A stretch of DNA of 64,000 nucleotides from an uncultured Planctomycetia bacterium (GTDB lineage Bacteria; Planctomycetota; Planctomycetia; Pirellulales; Thermoguttaceae). The DNA lies in the NCBI GenBank assembly GCA_963804375.1, contig CAWDQE010000019.1, forward strand, positions 481,712 to 545,711, in the 5' to 3' direction. A program made the position numbers and the translations under genes. Each line of letters begins with the position of its first letter. Positions within the stretch are counted from its first letter, which is position 1. Under the pieces are notes generated by a model, which did no database searches, was not told where the DNA came from, and saw only the letters and a program-made list of their open reading frames with translations. This document shows positions 30,169-41,829 of this stretch, one piece after another.

Positions 30169-32395
30169 TCTTTCACCTTCCATCGCAAGACGTTCCAATT
30201 TGGTCCGCGGGGCGGGGTTGCCGCGTCGAATTTCAATGGGTCCTGCTCGTAACGGACCGCTTGCATCTTGAGGGACCCTCCGGCCGCGTCCTTTTCCAGC
30301 ACGAGTTTTCCAGCGGCGGCGAACTCGGTCGCGCCGGCCTCGTCGCGGCGGGTCCAGCCGGTGCAGGCCCCCTTGGCGTCGTAGTGATAGATGTCGCGCC
30401 ACGACTTTGGCGCTGAAATGTTCGGATCGACGTAGTTGTTCCGAAAAGGGAAGCTCGCCAAGGAGGGATAGACAAATCGCCCCAGCCATTCGCCGTGAAA
30501 ACGCCGCAGCAGGTCCTTTTCAAAACGGGTCAGCGCCGCCGGATCGGTCGCGGCTGACTTGCGCAAGGGGACTAATATGAGCTTCTCGGGCGAGTCGGCC
30601 GCTTCGCGGAACAGCCCCCAGTGGACGAACCGTTCGCTAAGGCTTCGGAACGCGGTTTTCTGGGCGGGAGCCCGCAGCACCTCGGCGGCGATCGTACCGC
30701 TGGTACGGAAGAGATACGGATCGGCCGCCATCGCCCGCAGCGGCGCGAGGACCGCATCGCCGACGGTGGCGTGTAGCACGTTTTGTCCCCCGCCCAGCGT
30801 TTGTTGTTTGGCCTTCTGCGCGGCGGATTCCGCCTCGCGCAGCGCCTGGATCTCCTTTTCCGGCTTGTGCGCCTTCTCGGCATTCTCGCGGTCCTTCACG
30901 GCGGTCTGCCAGGCGGCGTGGCAGCGGCGGTACTCCCCGGCGGCCGCAAGGATGACCTTCGTTTGTTCCGCTGAATAGGCGGCGCGGAGCGCCTTCGCGC
31001 CGGGCACGGCCGAGTCGGGCTTGTAGGCCTCCAGCAGGGCCGAGAGGTCCGATGCCTGGACGTCCACCTCGCCGGCCCCGTAGCCGATTTCCAACAATCG
31101 CCGGTCCGAATCGTAAGTCCGCGCCTCGCTGTCCAGGAAGAAGAAAGTGATGAAAGCCGGGGCCGAGTAATAGACCCCGTTATGGGCGAAAACGCCGATG
31201 TCGACCCGATTCGATTCCAGCGGCGAACCAGCGGCGATCGGGTAGCGGTCGTGCCAGTTGACAAGAATCTCGGCGCCGCGCGGCGGGCAGTCAGCGTCTT
31301 GATGGAAACCTTGGCCGGATCGCCGCGAAGGAGTTTCCAATGGAACTCCAGGGGCCTGCGGTTGCGGTCGAAACTGTTCGCGGCGCTGACCAGCATGCGG
31401 CGGGTGCAATCGCGTCCGCGCCAGACGCGGGCGACAACCGCCGGCGTCGTGCCCAGTTCCTCCGACCGGCCGCTGGGTTCGAAGTAGTCGCGGCCGGGGA
31501 CCGGAACGTCTTCTTCCAGCACCGACAACTGAACCATCGGTGGAATTGCCTCGGCGGTGATCTCGTGGGCCATCCGGACCATCGCCAGGGGATCGACCCA
31601 AGCCCCGTCGAAGACTGGCGGATGCGCCTTGCCGGTCAGGTAGTCCTGCGGCCCGGAAAGCTGCCTGGCGGTCGAGCGAAAGATCATCTGGATCGCAGGC
31701 ATGAGCAACCCATTTTGCGCCAGTTTCTGTTTCACCTCAGGCCGCAGGGCTGCCAGCGTCAGCGGCGCGGCCCGCATGAACGGCTGGTCCGAGCCGGACG
31801 AACCTTGAGAGATGAACACGAAGGGCGTATTCGTGGGATACAGGTCGCCGTAACCGGGCGTACCATTGTGGCCCGGCTTGTAATCGCAATGCTCTGGATA
31901 GATGTAGACGTTGTTCGAAGTGTATTGTGCATACAGCGCCCGCAGGCCGCCCGGCCGGGTGTACATCATGCGGGGATTGCTGCCGCCCGCCGTAGCGCCC
32001 GCCGACGTCGACGAATTCCCGAAGAGCACCAACGGCACTCTTCGCAGCGTTGCCGCCCAATCCACGCGGTACTTCAACGCCTGCTCATTGTAGACGGTCT
32101 TGCTCAGTTGCGGGAACTGTCCCAGGTCGAGTCCCGAGTGGCCGCGATCACGGTTGTCGTACACATCGCCAACGTTGCCCGCCGCTGTCTTCTCGGCATA
32201 CCATTTCTTCAGCAAGTCGCCTGCCGGCCCGGACATGGTGGTGACGGGCTTGTCGGCCAGGGCTTTGACGGCCGCCGGATCGCTGGGCTCGACGTGAAAG
32301 CCGGGTGCCTTGTCAGAGACCTCGTTCGACGCGGTCGCGGCGGTCCCCGTCACGAGAAGCGTGGAAAGCAAGAGGCAGGTCACAGGGTTCATCAT
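30165..32395 (-). pseudogene. Conserved-looking secreted protein of unknown function (~740 aa), split by one frameshift (~31270; possible assembly indel)
   Basis: Start MMNPVTCLLLSTLLVTGTAATA at 32395 overlaps the upstream stop (TAATG). ORF 30896-32440 is real up to ...FHWKLLRGDPAKVSIKTL. ORF 30165-31601 is real from ...AEILVNWHDRYPIAAGSPLESNRVDIGVFAHNGVYYSAPAFITFFFLD to the end. I do not recognise a family. Confidence 0.65.
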
Positions 32396-33450
32396 TAACT
32401 TCTCAGGTGCTTTTGGAACCAGTCCCGGGCCAGCTTCCACATCGGATCGGAAAGGACGTGGCCGGCGTCCTTCTCGATGAAATGGCTGAACTGGTCGCCG
32501 GCGCCGGCCTGCCGGTAGGCTTGGGCGATCCTCTGGATGCCTTCGCGCACTTCCTGGATCGGACTGCCGCTATCGTTCTCGCCGAAGTTCAGGTGCAACG
32601 CCCAAGGCGCGATCAGGGCGGCAATGTCCGGGGTATCGCCGTACTGATACAGACCGGGGATGAAGTTCGGGAAGCAGTGCAGGATGTGCGTGCGGTGGAT
32701 GGCCTTGTAGGTTGGCAGGCAGCAGTTGCCGACCAGGCATTTCAGCCGCGGTTCCCAGGGGCCGACGAGCCACGTGAAGGTCGAACCCATCGAATGGCCG
32801 TAACAGCCGATGCGGTCCTTGTGCACTTCCGGCCGGGAACACAAGTAATCGACCGCCCGGCGCATGTCCAGGATGTTCTTCCACGCCAGACACTTGCCCG
32901 CAACGACGTAGCGGAGGAACTCGAACCGCTCGTAGTCCCCGCCCTGGAGGGTCTTGTGTTGGCGCTGACCGAAGCAAAGCGCATCGGGACAGAGTACGAC
33001 GTATCCTTCCTTGACCAGGGCTACGCCCGTATGGTGCATGGGCATGCCGGCCAGGCCGGCCGGTTCGACCTTGCCGAGTTGCCACTGGCCATTGTGCTGA
33101 TGCCAGACGGCCACGGCCGGCGCCGGATGGTTGGCATCGACGCCGTCGGGGACCAGCAAATACGCCGGGATCGGATCGTCGGGCTCGGCCTCGTAGGTAA
33201 CCGACTCGATGCGATAGCCCTGTTTAGGGATCGTCTCTTTGATCTTCGGCCGCAGGTCGCAGGGGTCGGGCCACGGCCCACCGAGGCACTGCAGCAGCTT
33301 CTCGCGAAAGCCTGTCATCGTAGTCTTCTCCTCAGCCCGTACGGGTCGCGGCGATACTTCTGCCCCAATTGCCAGCGCCGCTGCGGCAGCCGACCGTGCC
33401 AGGAAAGCCCGCCGTCGAAGGTTCGTTTCGCCCGAAGTGGATTCTGTCAT
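32395..33450 (-). CDS. Tat-exported alpha/beta hydrolase (acetyl-esterase / dienelactone hydrolase-like)
   Basis: Start MTESTSGETNLRRRAFLARSAAAAALAIGA has a Tat motif. The nucleophile elbow is GCYGHSMGS. The remainder, ..ALHLNFGENDSGSP...KDAGHV, gives the acid/His part. Confidence 0.8.
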   Translation of the reverse strand: MTESTSGETNLRRRAFLARSAAAAALAIGAEVSPRPVRAEEKTTMTGFREKLLQCLGGPWPDPCDLRPKIKETIPKQGYRIESVTYEAEPDDPIPAYLLVPDGVDANHPAPAVAVWHQHNGQWQLGKVEPAGLAGMPMHHTGVALVKEGYVVLCPDALCFGQRQHKTLQGGDYERFEFLRYVVAGKCLAWKNILDMRRAVDYLCSRPEVHKDRIGCYGHSMGSTFTWLVGPWEPRLKCLVGNCCLPTYKAIHRTHILHCFPNFIPGLYQYGDTPDIAALIAPWALHLNFGENDSGSPIQEVREGIQRIAQAYRQAGAGDQFSHFIEKDAGHVLSDPMWKLARDWFQKHLRS

Positions 33451-33466
33451 GGGTTGTTGCCGTTGG

Positions 33467-34033
33467 TCAGATTTCCTTGCCAACAGCGAAGGCGTGGCCC
33501 AGCGAGGCCCCAACGCCGTAATAGACGCGGTTGCCAGGCGAGAAGACGATCGGCAGGACCTTGAGGATGTCCGGCATCCCGGTGATGTCGAGCGTTTGCT
33601 CGTCGGCCTTTACGTCGAGGATGTGCCCGACGAACTGCGTGTGCAGGCCGAGTTCGAAGACGTGCAAGACCTTGCACTCCAGGACCAGCGGGCACTCCTG
33701 AACATAGGGTGCATCCACGAGGTCGCTGCGAACGGCCGTCAGCCCTGTTGCGGCAAACTTGTCGGTTTCCCGGCCGCTGACCAGCCCGAAATAGTCGGCC
33801 TCTTTCACCTGGCCCTGCGAGGGCACGCTCACGGTGAATGCCTTTCGCTCGATCAGATTGCCGTAGCTGTAGGTGGCCTTTCGCAGCGACACGGCCACGC
33901 AGGGTGGGTCGGAGCAGCAGATGCCGCCCCAGGCCGCGATCATGCCGTTGGGCTTGCCCTGCTTGTCATAGGAGCCAACAATCCAGGTGGGGGTGGGGTA
34001 GATCAGCGTCTTGGCGCCGAGTGAACGCTTCAT
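33467..34033 (-). CDS. Flavin reductase family protein (FMN-binding split barrel)
   Basis: Starts at MKRSLGAKTLIYPTPTWIVGSYDKQGKPNGMIAAWGGICCSDPPCVAVSLRKATYSYGNLIERKAFTVSVPS...ADYFGLVSGRETDKF, the typical flavin reductase-like domain pattern. Confidence 0.85.
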   Translation of the reverse strand: MKRSLGAKTLIYPTPTWIVGSYDKQGKPNGMIAAWGGICCSDPPCVAVSLRKATYSYGNLIERKAFTVSVPSQGQVKEADYFGLVSGRETDKFAATGLTAVRSDLVDAPYVQECPLVLECKVLHVFELGLHTQFVGHILDVKADEQTLDITGMPDILKVLPIVFSPGNRVYYGVGASLGHAFAVGKEI

Positions 34034-34073
34034 TGGTGTCCTCATGTGTTGTGGGGAGGATTGGCAATCCGTC

Positions 34074-36546
34074 CTACGAACCATCGGTGTCTGCCAGAAG
34101 CTCTGCGGTGGCATGATACTGGTGGTGCTCGTAGAGCGGAATCTGCTGGAGGGTCAATTCTCGCTCTTGGTGGGCTTCCTTCCAGGCTTCCAGGGCCGAT
34201 TCGGTGTCGCCGGCGGCGTGGCAGGCCCGGGCGAGATGGTACAGTCGCAGGCCCGTGGGGTCGTTGCCGACCGCGCGGCGCAATTCGGCCACCGCCTCGT
34301 CGCAGCGGCCGGCGGCCAGGAGGGCCACGCCCCGCGTGTCCAGGTACTCCGGACACGGCCCGGCCAGCTCAATCGCCCGATCGGCCAGTTCCAGCGCCAG
34401 CGCCACATCGTCCTCACGGATGGCCAGGAAATAGGCCAGATTGTTGTAGGCCAAGGCCCGCTGTGGGCCCGGCACGTCGGCCCGCTCGGCCAGCCCGCGG
34501 TAGATTTGGCAACGCTCGGCATAGCGGCCTTCCAAATCGCGGAAGTAAGCCAGGAGCAGATCGAGCTGGATGGATCTTCCCTCCGGGCCCGTCGCCTGCT
34601 GGAACCAGGCCTCAATCCGTTGAAACCGTCCGGGGTCGGACTCGTCAATGTGTTGGCGGAGGACCTGCAAGGCGACGCCGAGCACTTCTTCCGCGGGAAC
34701 GTGCTCCATGGCCGCCTCGCATTGATCGAGGGCCTCGTCCAGGGAGCGGCAATGGGCCAGGAACCCGGCCAGAAAGAGGTTGCCTCGACCCGGCTCCGCT
34801 TCAGCCAGGCCGCGGACGACCGCCTCGACGGCATACTCCTCGTCAAGCTGGCCGAGCATTTGGCCGGCGGCCGGCTCGCGGTGGATGGCCTGGCGGTAGT
34901 CGTCGATGGCCTGATCGTAATCGCCCGAACTGACCCAGGCGTTGGCGCGGCCGGCGTAGGCGGCGGCAAAGTCCGGCGCCAGGCGGATGGCATCGTTGTA
35001 ACTGACAATGGCCTCGTCGGATTGGCCAAGCTGGTCGAGCAGCCTGGCCCGCAGAAAGTGGGCCGGCGGGCAGTTCGCGTCGATGCGGATGGCCGCGTCG
35101 CAATCCTCGATGGCCCGCGCGTTTTCGCCCAGGTGCAGCCAGGCCACCGCCCGGCTATAGTACGCGATCGCAAAGTCGGGCTTCAGCCGGATGGCCTCGG
35201 AGAAATCGTCCAGGGCAGCCCGGTGGTCCTCGAGCACGCCGTAGGCGTTGCCGCGGTGTACGTAGGGGACGGGCTGGTCGGTGGCCTGGCGGACCACCTG
35301 GTTGAAATCGCTGAGGGCCTCGCGGAACAGCCCCAACCGCGTGCGAACCATGCCTCGCGCTGAGTGCGTCGGCGTAGCCGGGCGCCACGCGGAGCGCCTG
35401 GTTGCAGTCGAGCATGGCCTGGGCCAGCCGGTTCTCGATGAAGTGGATGTTGGCGCGGCAGAGGTAGGCTGGCACGCAATCCGGGTCGAGCTGAATCGCC
35501 TTCTCGCAATCGGCCAAGGCCTCGGTGAAGTCTTCCAGACGCATCCGCACCGCTGCCCGCGCGGAGTAGGTCTCGGCGTGACCCGGACTCAGGCGCACCA
35601 CAGCGGTGAAGTCCGCCAGCGCCGCTTCGAGATCGGCCTTGGCCTGTTCCGGAGCACAGGGGCGATCGCGATAGACGCTGCCGCGGAGGAAGAGGGCCTC
35701 GGGCTGGGGTGGACCGAGCGACATCGCGCGTTCCAGGTCCGCCATCGCCTTATCGAACATGCCGCAGGTGGCCAGCAGCCTGGCCCTTGCCAGCAGGCAC
35801 TTCGGTCCATCCGGCTCGAGTTCGACGGCCAGGCTGGCGTCGTCCAGGGCCCGGTCCACCTTCCCCAGGGCATAGTACGTCCAAGCCCGCGCGATGATCG
35901 CATCCGTCCAGCGCGGCCTCCGCCAGACGGCTTCGTTGAAATCTTCCAGGGCCTTCTCCGGGTCGCCCAGCATGCGGTAGCAGATGCCGCGGGCCAAGCG
36001 GGCCCGTGGAAGCTCGCTTCCCAGACCGATCTGCCGGGTATAGTCGGCGATGGCCAGGTCGAGCTGCCCTTGGCGGTGGTAGATCCTTGCCCGCAAGCCA
36101 TAAAGCGTTCCCGCCTGGGGAGCGCGGCGGATCCGCTCGGTGAGTTCGTCGAGCGAACACTGCCCTTCGTGGAGGTTGCTCGGCGTCGCGGGCCGGGTAC
36201 CCTCAGGGTGCGGGCCGCCGGATATGGCAGAGCGGACACGGCGCAGGGCCGTGCGGGACTTCGCGGCGAGCTGGCTGATTTTGTGCAAAAGGACCTGCCA
36301 ACGCCGACCATGAGTACATGGTGCCCGCGGCCGGGAACGCCCAGCGGCCGCCGCCTCAGACGGCGAGGCTGTCGTGCCGCCGGGAAGCTCCTGGGATGCC
36401 GCGGGCTGTCGCTCCAGGAATTGGCGAATTTCCCCGAGAGAGGGCACAGGCAAGACCAGTCCACATGCGCAGGCCACCTGCGTGCCGGCCTGCCCGGCAT
36501 GAAAGGGGATCTCACGTCCACATCGGCAACGGATGGAAAACGCCAT
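34074..36546 (-). pseudogene. TPR-repeat protein with N-terminal zinc-ribbon-like segment (~820 aa), split by one frameshift (~35365; possible assembly indel)
   Basis: N-terminus MAFSIRCRCGREIPFHAGQAGTQVACACGLVLPV. Many 34-aa TPR units (YGLRARIYHRQGQLDLAIADYTRQI..., FLRGSVYRD..., AYLCRANIHFIENRLAQAMLDCNQALRVAPGYADALSAR), then a frame break. ORF 34074-35351 continues GMVRTRLGLFREALSDFNQVVRQ...YVHRGNAYGVLEDHRAALDDFSEAIRLKPDFAIAYYSRAVAW... Confidence 0.8.
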
Positions 36547-36717
36547 GATTGTATTGTAATGCGCGTGGACCGCGGCGGAAAGGAGGTTACCAGAAAACCA
36601 TCCAGAGTCCGTGAACCTGCTCGATGTTTTGGGGCCCTACCCACCCCCAGGAAGCGCGATTACACTAGATGTCGACCCCGCTGATTCAACTCCGTCACCT
36701 TGAGCGTATAACGCACC

Positions 36718-38172
36718 ATGAAATCAAAGCTCTTTGTGCCCGTCGTCCTCGTCTTGTCTACGTCCCTATTCGGCCAAGACCCGGCGCTGGAAGACATGCC
36801 CACGCTACGGACCTTCGAGTCGCACCGGATCACGTCGGCCGATCCCACAGGCGGAAATGCCGATTGGTGGGACATCGGGCCAGGCCAGACGCGCGTCTTG
36901 GCCGAGATCCAGGGACCGGGCCGCATCGTCCACTTCCGCGACAACATCACCAGTTCCGAGCCCCATCACCTCCAGCTCCATGTGCTCCGCATCTACTGGG
37001 ACGGCGAAAAAGAGCCCAGTGTCGAGGCGCCGTTCGGCGATTTCTTCGGCGTCGGCTTCGGTTTCACCGAGCGGTTCAGCTCGGCGCTGATGTGCATCGA
37101 CCAGCGGCCGGGGAAACCGGCCAACCCGGCGGCCATGGGGGCCGCACGTAATTGCTATATCCCCATGCCTTTTGCCCGCTCTGCCCGCATTACGCTGACA
37201 AACGAAGGCAAGCAGCCCAGCCGTCATTGGGTCGAGATCAACTATCGGACTCAGAAGAGCCTACCGCCGGACCAGCTTTATTTCCACGCCCAGTACCGAC
37301 AGGCCACGCCGCCGCCGGAAGGCCCGTACTTGATCCTGGACGCCAAAGGCCGGGGACACCTCGTGGGCTGCGTGCTGAGCGTAAAGAACAACGACGGCGG
37401 CTGGTGGGGCGAAGGCGATGAAATTGTGTGGATCGACGGCAAGCACGCCATGCAGGGCACCGGTTCGGAGGACTATTTCTGCGAGTCCTACGGGCTGCGG
37501 GCGGGCTGCTTCCCGTATTTCGGCGTGACGGTGCTGGAGGAGCCGTTCACCACCGCCTATCGCTGGCATGTGCCCGACCCGGTCACCTTTCGCAAGTCAC
37601 TCCGCTTCCTGATCGAACATGGCAACGGCAGCCCGCCCTTCCGCAGCGGCAATTACTACTACAGCGTGGCGTATTGGTATCAGACCGAACCCCATGCGCC
37701 GTTTCCGAAGCTGCCGAGTGTGCAAGAGCGATTGAGCTGGGCGATTAGCCCCGCCAAGGGCGCCATCGAAGGCGAGAACATGAAGATCCTTTCCAGAACC
37801 GGAGGCATCACTGAGATCCAGACGGAGGAACGCTGGAGCGGCTCGAAGCAACTTTGGTGGCGCGATGCGAAGGTGGGCGACAAGCTGGAACTGGCCCTGC
37901 CGGTGGCCAAGGCCGGGCGGTATCGCCTGATAATGCACAACACCCGCGCCAACGACTATGGCAGCTTCCGCTTCGATCTCGATGGTGAAAAACTGTGCGG
38001 GCCGGTGGACTTTTACAGCGCAACGAACATCACGAAACTGGTCACGCTGGGCGAGCGCGATCTGGCGGAGGGCGAGCACCGTTTGACCGCGGAGGTGGTC
38101 GGCGCCAATCCGGCGGCGAAGCCTCGCTACATGTTTGGGCTGGATTACGTGAAGCTGGAAGCGGTGAAGTAG
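36718..38172 (+). CDS. DUF2961 / glycoside hydrolase family 172 protein, secreted
   Basis: Signal MKSKLFVPVVLVLSTSLFG. Family-typical SADPTGGNADWWDIGPGQTRVLAEIQGPGRIVHFRDNI...LRIYWDGEKEPSVEAPFGDFFGVGFGF...WWGEGDEIVWIDG...GTGSEDYF. Confidence 0.85.
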   Translation: MKSKLFVPVVLVLSTSLFGQDPALEDMPTLRTFESHRITSADPTGGNADWWDIGPGQTRVLAEIQGPGRIVHFRDNITSSEPHHLQLHVLRIYWDGEKEPSVEAPFGDFFGVGFGFTERFSSALMCIDQRPGKPANPAAMGAARNCYIPMPFARSARITLTNEGKQPSRHWVEINYRTQKSLPPDQLYFHAQYRQATPPPEGPYLILDAKGRGHLVGCVLSVKNNDGGWWGEGDEIVWIDGKHAMQGTGSEDYFCESYGLRAGCFPYFGVTVLEEPFTTAYRWHVPDPVTFRKSLRFLIEHGNGSPPFRSGNYYYSVAYWYQTEPHAPFPKLPSVQERLSWAISPAKGAIEGENMKILSRTGGITEIQTEERWSGSKQLWWRDAKVGDKLELALPVAKAGRYRLIMHNTRANDYGSFRFDLDGEKLCGPVDFYSATNITKLVTLGERDLAEGEHRLTAEVVGANPAAKPRYMFGLDYVKLEAVK

Positions 38173-38296
38173 CAAGAAGTGCCATGAAACAACTGCTGAA
38201 GAAAACCGGTCGATTTCTCCCTGCTTGGACTGGCTCCTACGGGCATATCCCTATCTTCTCGACCCTGCCCGCCGCATTCTTCGCAGCCGTCTATTT

Positions 38297-38686
38297 CTAT
38301 TTCGACAGTTGCATCATCAGGTCGTTCATCGGCACTATGATCGCCAGCACGATCAGCCCGACAAGCAGCATCAATGCCAACCACACCAGAACGCCCCAGG
38401 CCGTCAACAGGCCGGATTGCCCAGTTCGGTGCAGCCCGACCATAATGCCGATATCGCCCGCCGCCAGGAGCGGCGCCAGAACCCACCAGTACCTGCCGAT
38501 CGTTCGCGACAGGTTGATAACGAAGCTCGTGAATTCCGGCAATTTGCAGCCGAAATCCTTGAAGATCTTCTCGTACTGGGGTACGTATTTCAGCAACAGA
38601 CTCAGGACGATCACGCTGCAAATCACGTGCAGCGATAGCCAAACGACAAGCCCGACGGACGATCTTTCGGATCTGCCGGCGTTCAT
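38297..38686 (-). CDS. Small membrane protein with one GspF/PilC-like (T2SSF) repeat
   Basis: 129 aa with three hydrophobic helices. VPQYEKIFKDFGCKLPEFTSFVINLSRTIGRYWWVLAPLL resembles the conserved (V/I)P.F..(I/M)F..FG..LP..T segment of type II secretion F-domain proteins. Confidence 0.5.
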   Translation of the reverse strand: MNAGRSERSSVGLVVWLSLHVICSVIVLSLLLKYVPQYEKIFKDFGCKLPEFTSFVINLSRTIGRYWWVLAPLLAAGDIGIMVGLHRTGQSGLLTAWGVLVWLALMLLVGLIVLAIIVPMNDLMMQLSK

Positions 38687-38983
38687 GGCTACGGTCCTCG
38701 GAGAACTGCCACAATCTGGATTGGAAACGTGCGCCGTATTCCGCGCTCCCGCTGAGTTCGCAAAACGACTTTGATTATAGTCCCAGCCGTTGCGGCTTCA
38801 AGCGGCACGCAAGCCTGGATTGCCGATCGATACGCTAATCGCCCCCAAGCGTTGTTGCCACTCGGGCTATGGTAATCCATCGGCCCAAGTGTAGAATAGA
38901 GTCGTAACCGCTCTAAACAGCCCGATTGCTGGGGCCTTTCCCCCGCCATTGGGTCGTTTGGCTGTGGCGCCAGGAGATTTCCC

Positions 38984-39340
38984 ATGCCGATTTATCATCA
39001 TCTGGGCGTCTGGAAACACGGCTCTGCCATCGTGGTCCGCTTTGGCGATCACCGGGTCTTGGATGAATTGACGGTCAACAAGATCGCCGAGGAACTATAT
39101 GGCGTGGCCGGCCGGGCAGATTGCCAGCATCTCGTTCTGGATTTCTCCAGCGTTTTGGGCCTTTCCAGCCTGATGCTCGGCAAGCTGCTGATGCTCCGCA
39201 AGAAGATGGCATCGAAGGGAGGAAGGCTCATTCTGTGCGACATCAGTCCCGAGGTCGAAGATGTCCTCACCAGCACGAAGCTGAACGAGATTCTCGAATT
39301 CATGGACAGCGAAGCCGATGCCCTCAAGGCATTGGCCTGA
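38984..39340 (+). CDS. STAS domain protein (anti-sigma factor antagonist-like)
   Basis: 118 aa. VVRFGDHRVLDELTVNKIAEELYGVAGRADCQHLVLDFSSVLGLSSLMLGKLLMLRKKMASKGGRLILCDISPEVEDVLTSTKLNEILEF shows the typical SpoIIAA/STAS layout. Confidence 0.85.
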   Translation: MPIYHHLGVWKHGSAIVVRFGDHRVLDELTVNKIAEELYGVAGRADCQHLVLDFSSVLGLSSLMLGKLLMLRKKMASKGGRLILCDISPEVEDVLTSTKLNEILEFMDSEADALKALA

Positions 39341-39381
39341 CCGTCGGGCCAACCCATTTTCCCGTCCGGCACAAGCACCGT

Positions 39382-41642
39382 TCATTCGCGCCAGATGGCC
39401 GGAAAGTCAGGCGTCAGGCCCCATTTCCCCATCTCGAAATTCTTGAAACCGAGCTTCAGCGCGGGAGAATTCGGGCGGACGCGGAAGTCGTTCCGCTGGG
39501 GATCGATCAAGAGCGGGTCCGCGTACACCGAATGAGCGTCGAACCCCAGGCGCTGCCAACCCGCGAGATCATACTTCTGCCCCTTCTCCGTTCGCCCTTC
39601 GCCGCGCAAGGCCTGGACCCTGGCCGTGAACGCCCCCGAGCGGGTGAAGAAACAATTGTTGTCGATTTGCTCGAGCCACGGCCCGCGAGCCGGCGGGGCA
39701 ATGATCGAGTAGACGTCGTCGCGGGCCATCACCGTGATGTTGCAGAAGTAGCGGTCGTGATTGTATTCATTACCGACATGGAAGCAGGGCGCAACCACGC
39801 TGTTGTACCAGATGTTGTTGTGGACCGTCCGCCGGGCCCCCTCGCGGAGCTTCATGCTGATATTCTTGGTGACGTTGTTGTAGATGTCGTAATTCGAGGC
39901 GCCGTCGTCCAGGTCGATCCCGAACACCGGGCCGTGGATGCCCTCGATGCTCTCCGGCCGTTCCTCGAAGAAGTTGTTGCGGATGATCACGGGCTCCATC
40001 GCATCCACCTCCACCGGGCCCGCTTCCAGGCTATGATTCTTCGTGTAGGACAAGTGCGACTGCGCCAGGGACCAGTACTTGTCGCGGCCCCAGGCGTTGA
40101 AAGGGCCGTGATCGCCGGTTTCCCGCACAGTATCGTGGATATGGTTGAACTCGATGACGTGCCCGCCCCAGGTGCCGTCGCCGATGCAGACGGCGGCGCG
40201 GGGCATGTTGTAGATCAGGTTGTGCGCGGCCGTGATCCGCTTGGCCCTGGAAATATAGACGCCCGCCGTCTGCTTGCCGAACACTCCGCAGTCGTGGATC
40301 AGGTTGTCGCGGGCCTGGCATTCGTAAGGAAACGCCCGCTGGCTGCCGCTGGTGAGCTCCAGCGCGCCGACAAAGGCTATGGCGCTGTCGCCCGCCTCGG
40401 TGAACTTGCAACCGCTGACTGCGACGTTCCGGTTGTACTGGTTGACGAAAACGGCATTGCCGCCCACGGCATCGAACCAGCAGTTCCTCACGGCGCAGTC
40501 CCGCGTGCCTTGCAGGAACACCGCCCCGCCGCGGTGAATGGACCAGTCCGAAAGCGAAGGAACCTCGTAGGTGCTGAGGAACGTTGAGGCCGTGTGCGCG
40601 ATGCGAAAACCTTCGATTGCAAGGTGCGAGACGGGCTTGCCCTGACTGCCGACGATGCGGACGACCGACTCAAGAATGGGGACTTCCACCACGGCGGTTT
40701 GGAGGTCCAGGCCCGGCGGCGGCATGAAATACAGGATTCGCGCGGCAGTGTCCCAATACCATTCGCCCGGCGCGTCGAGTTCTTCCAGGACGTTCTCGAC
40801 GAAGTAGCGGCAGCCGGAATCGATGGCAGGCGGGTCTTCGTCCCACTTGGCGCCCATCTGCTGTCCGCCGTCGCCGAACCAAATGGCGTGGCGCTGGTAA
40901 TCGATGGCCTTGACCCTCCATTGCAGGTTGCCCCAGTAGCCGCCGCGGAAAATATGCACCACGGCCTCTTGCGGCCGCGCCAGTGTTTCTTCGTGAAACT
41001 CCCCGGATCGAAGAGGATTCCGCGGGCCCCCGCTCCTGTGTAGGTCATGTCATCGTTGGGGCCGGGCTGGGGATCGACCATATTCGCTGGTATCACGTCG
41101 GCCGGGCAAATATAGCCGCTCTTGCCGGGGTGCGAATTGTCATAATTGGGATACCGCGCCCGCACCTGGCGCTGGCTGTTGACAAAGAGCTGCGTGAAAT
41201 CGAGCCGGCCCGCCTTCACTTCGGGCAAGTCGCACATCAGAATACCGTTGCGGTACGGCCGCCAATGGCAATCGAGCCTGCGGCCCGCGCTCAGCGTAAC
41301 CCGCTCGCCGGGGTAGGCGGCGTATATGACGGGGGTGTCCGCCGTTCCGGAGTCTTCAGGCCCGAATTCCAACGGTTGCGGCAGGTAGTACGTGCCCTCT
41401 CGCAACAGAATCCGAATCGGCCCTCGGGCGGTTTTCAGCCTTTCCCGGACAACGTTTTTCGCCTTTTCCAGGGTGGCAAATGGTTGCTGCACGGTCCCCG
41501 GATTGTCGTCGCTGCCCGTGGGCGAAACGTAAAACAGCGTGGTCTTCGTGTCCGACGCGGGAGAGGATGATGTTGGTGATGCCGCCTGCAGCGGAAATGC
41601 GAACAGGCAGGGGAGGGCCAGGAAGGTAAGAATGCTTTTCAT
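39382..41642 (-). pseudogene. Secreted right-handed parallel beta-helix (pectin-lyase fold) protein, split by one frameshift (~40980; possible assembly indel)
   Basis: Signal MKSILTFLALPCLFAFPLQA, then FYVSPTGSDDNPGTVQQPFATLEKAKNVV. Real up to ...FDPGSFTKKHW. ORF 39382-40962 continues ..EAVVHIFRGGYWGNLQWRV... with beta-helix turns (RNCWFDAVGGNAVFV, VSGCKFTEAGDSAIAF, RDNLIHDCG, AHNLIYNMPRAAVCI, FNHIHD). Confidence 0.8.
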
Positions 41643-41829
41643 TTTTGTTTTCGATCGCGTGAGTGATTACTCAAACAGCAAATGCTCAGTTCGACCCGCG
41701 AGACTGCTGAAAAAGTTCTGTGCTACCATTATCTATAGTATTCAGTAGTAGGTACTCAGTATTCGATATCGTGTTTGCTCGCATGTTTCAGCGATCTGCC
41801 CGCGTCGGTGGGGCGATGATTGGTCAGCT

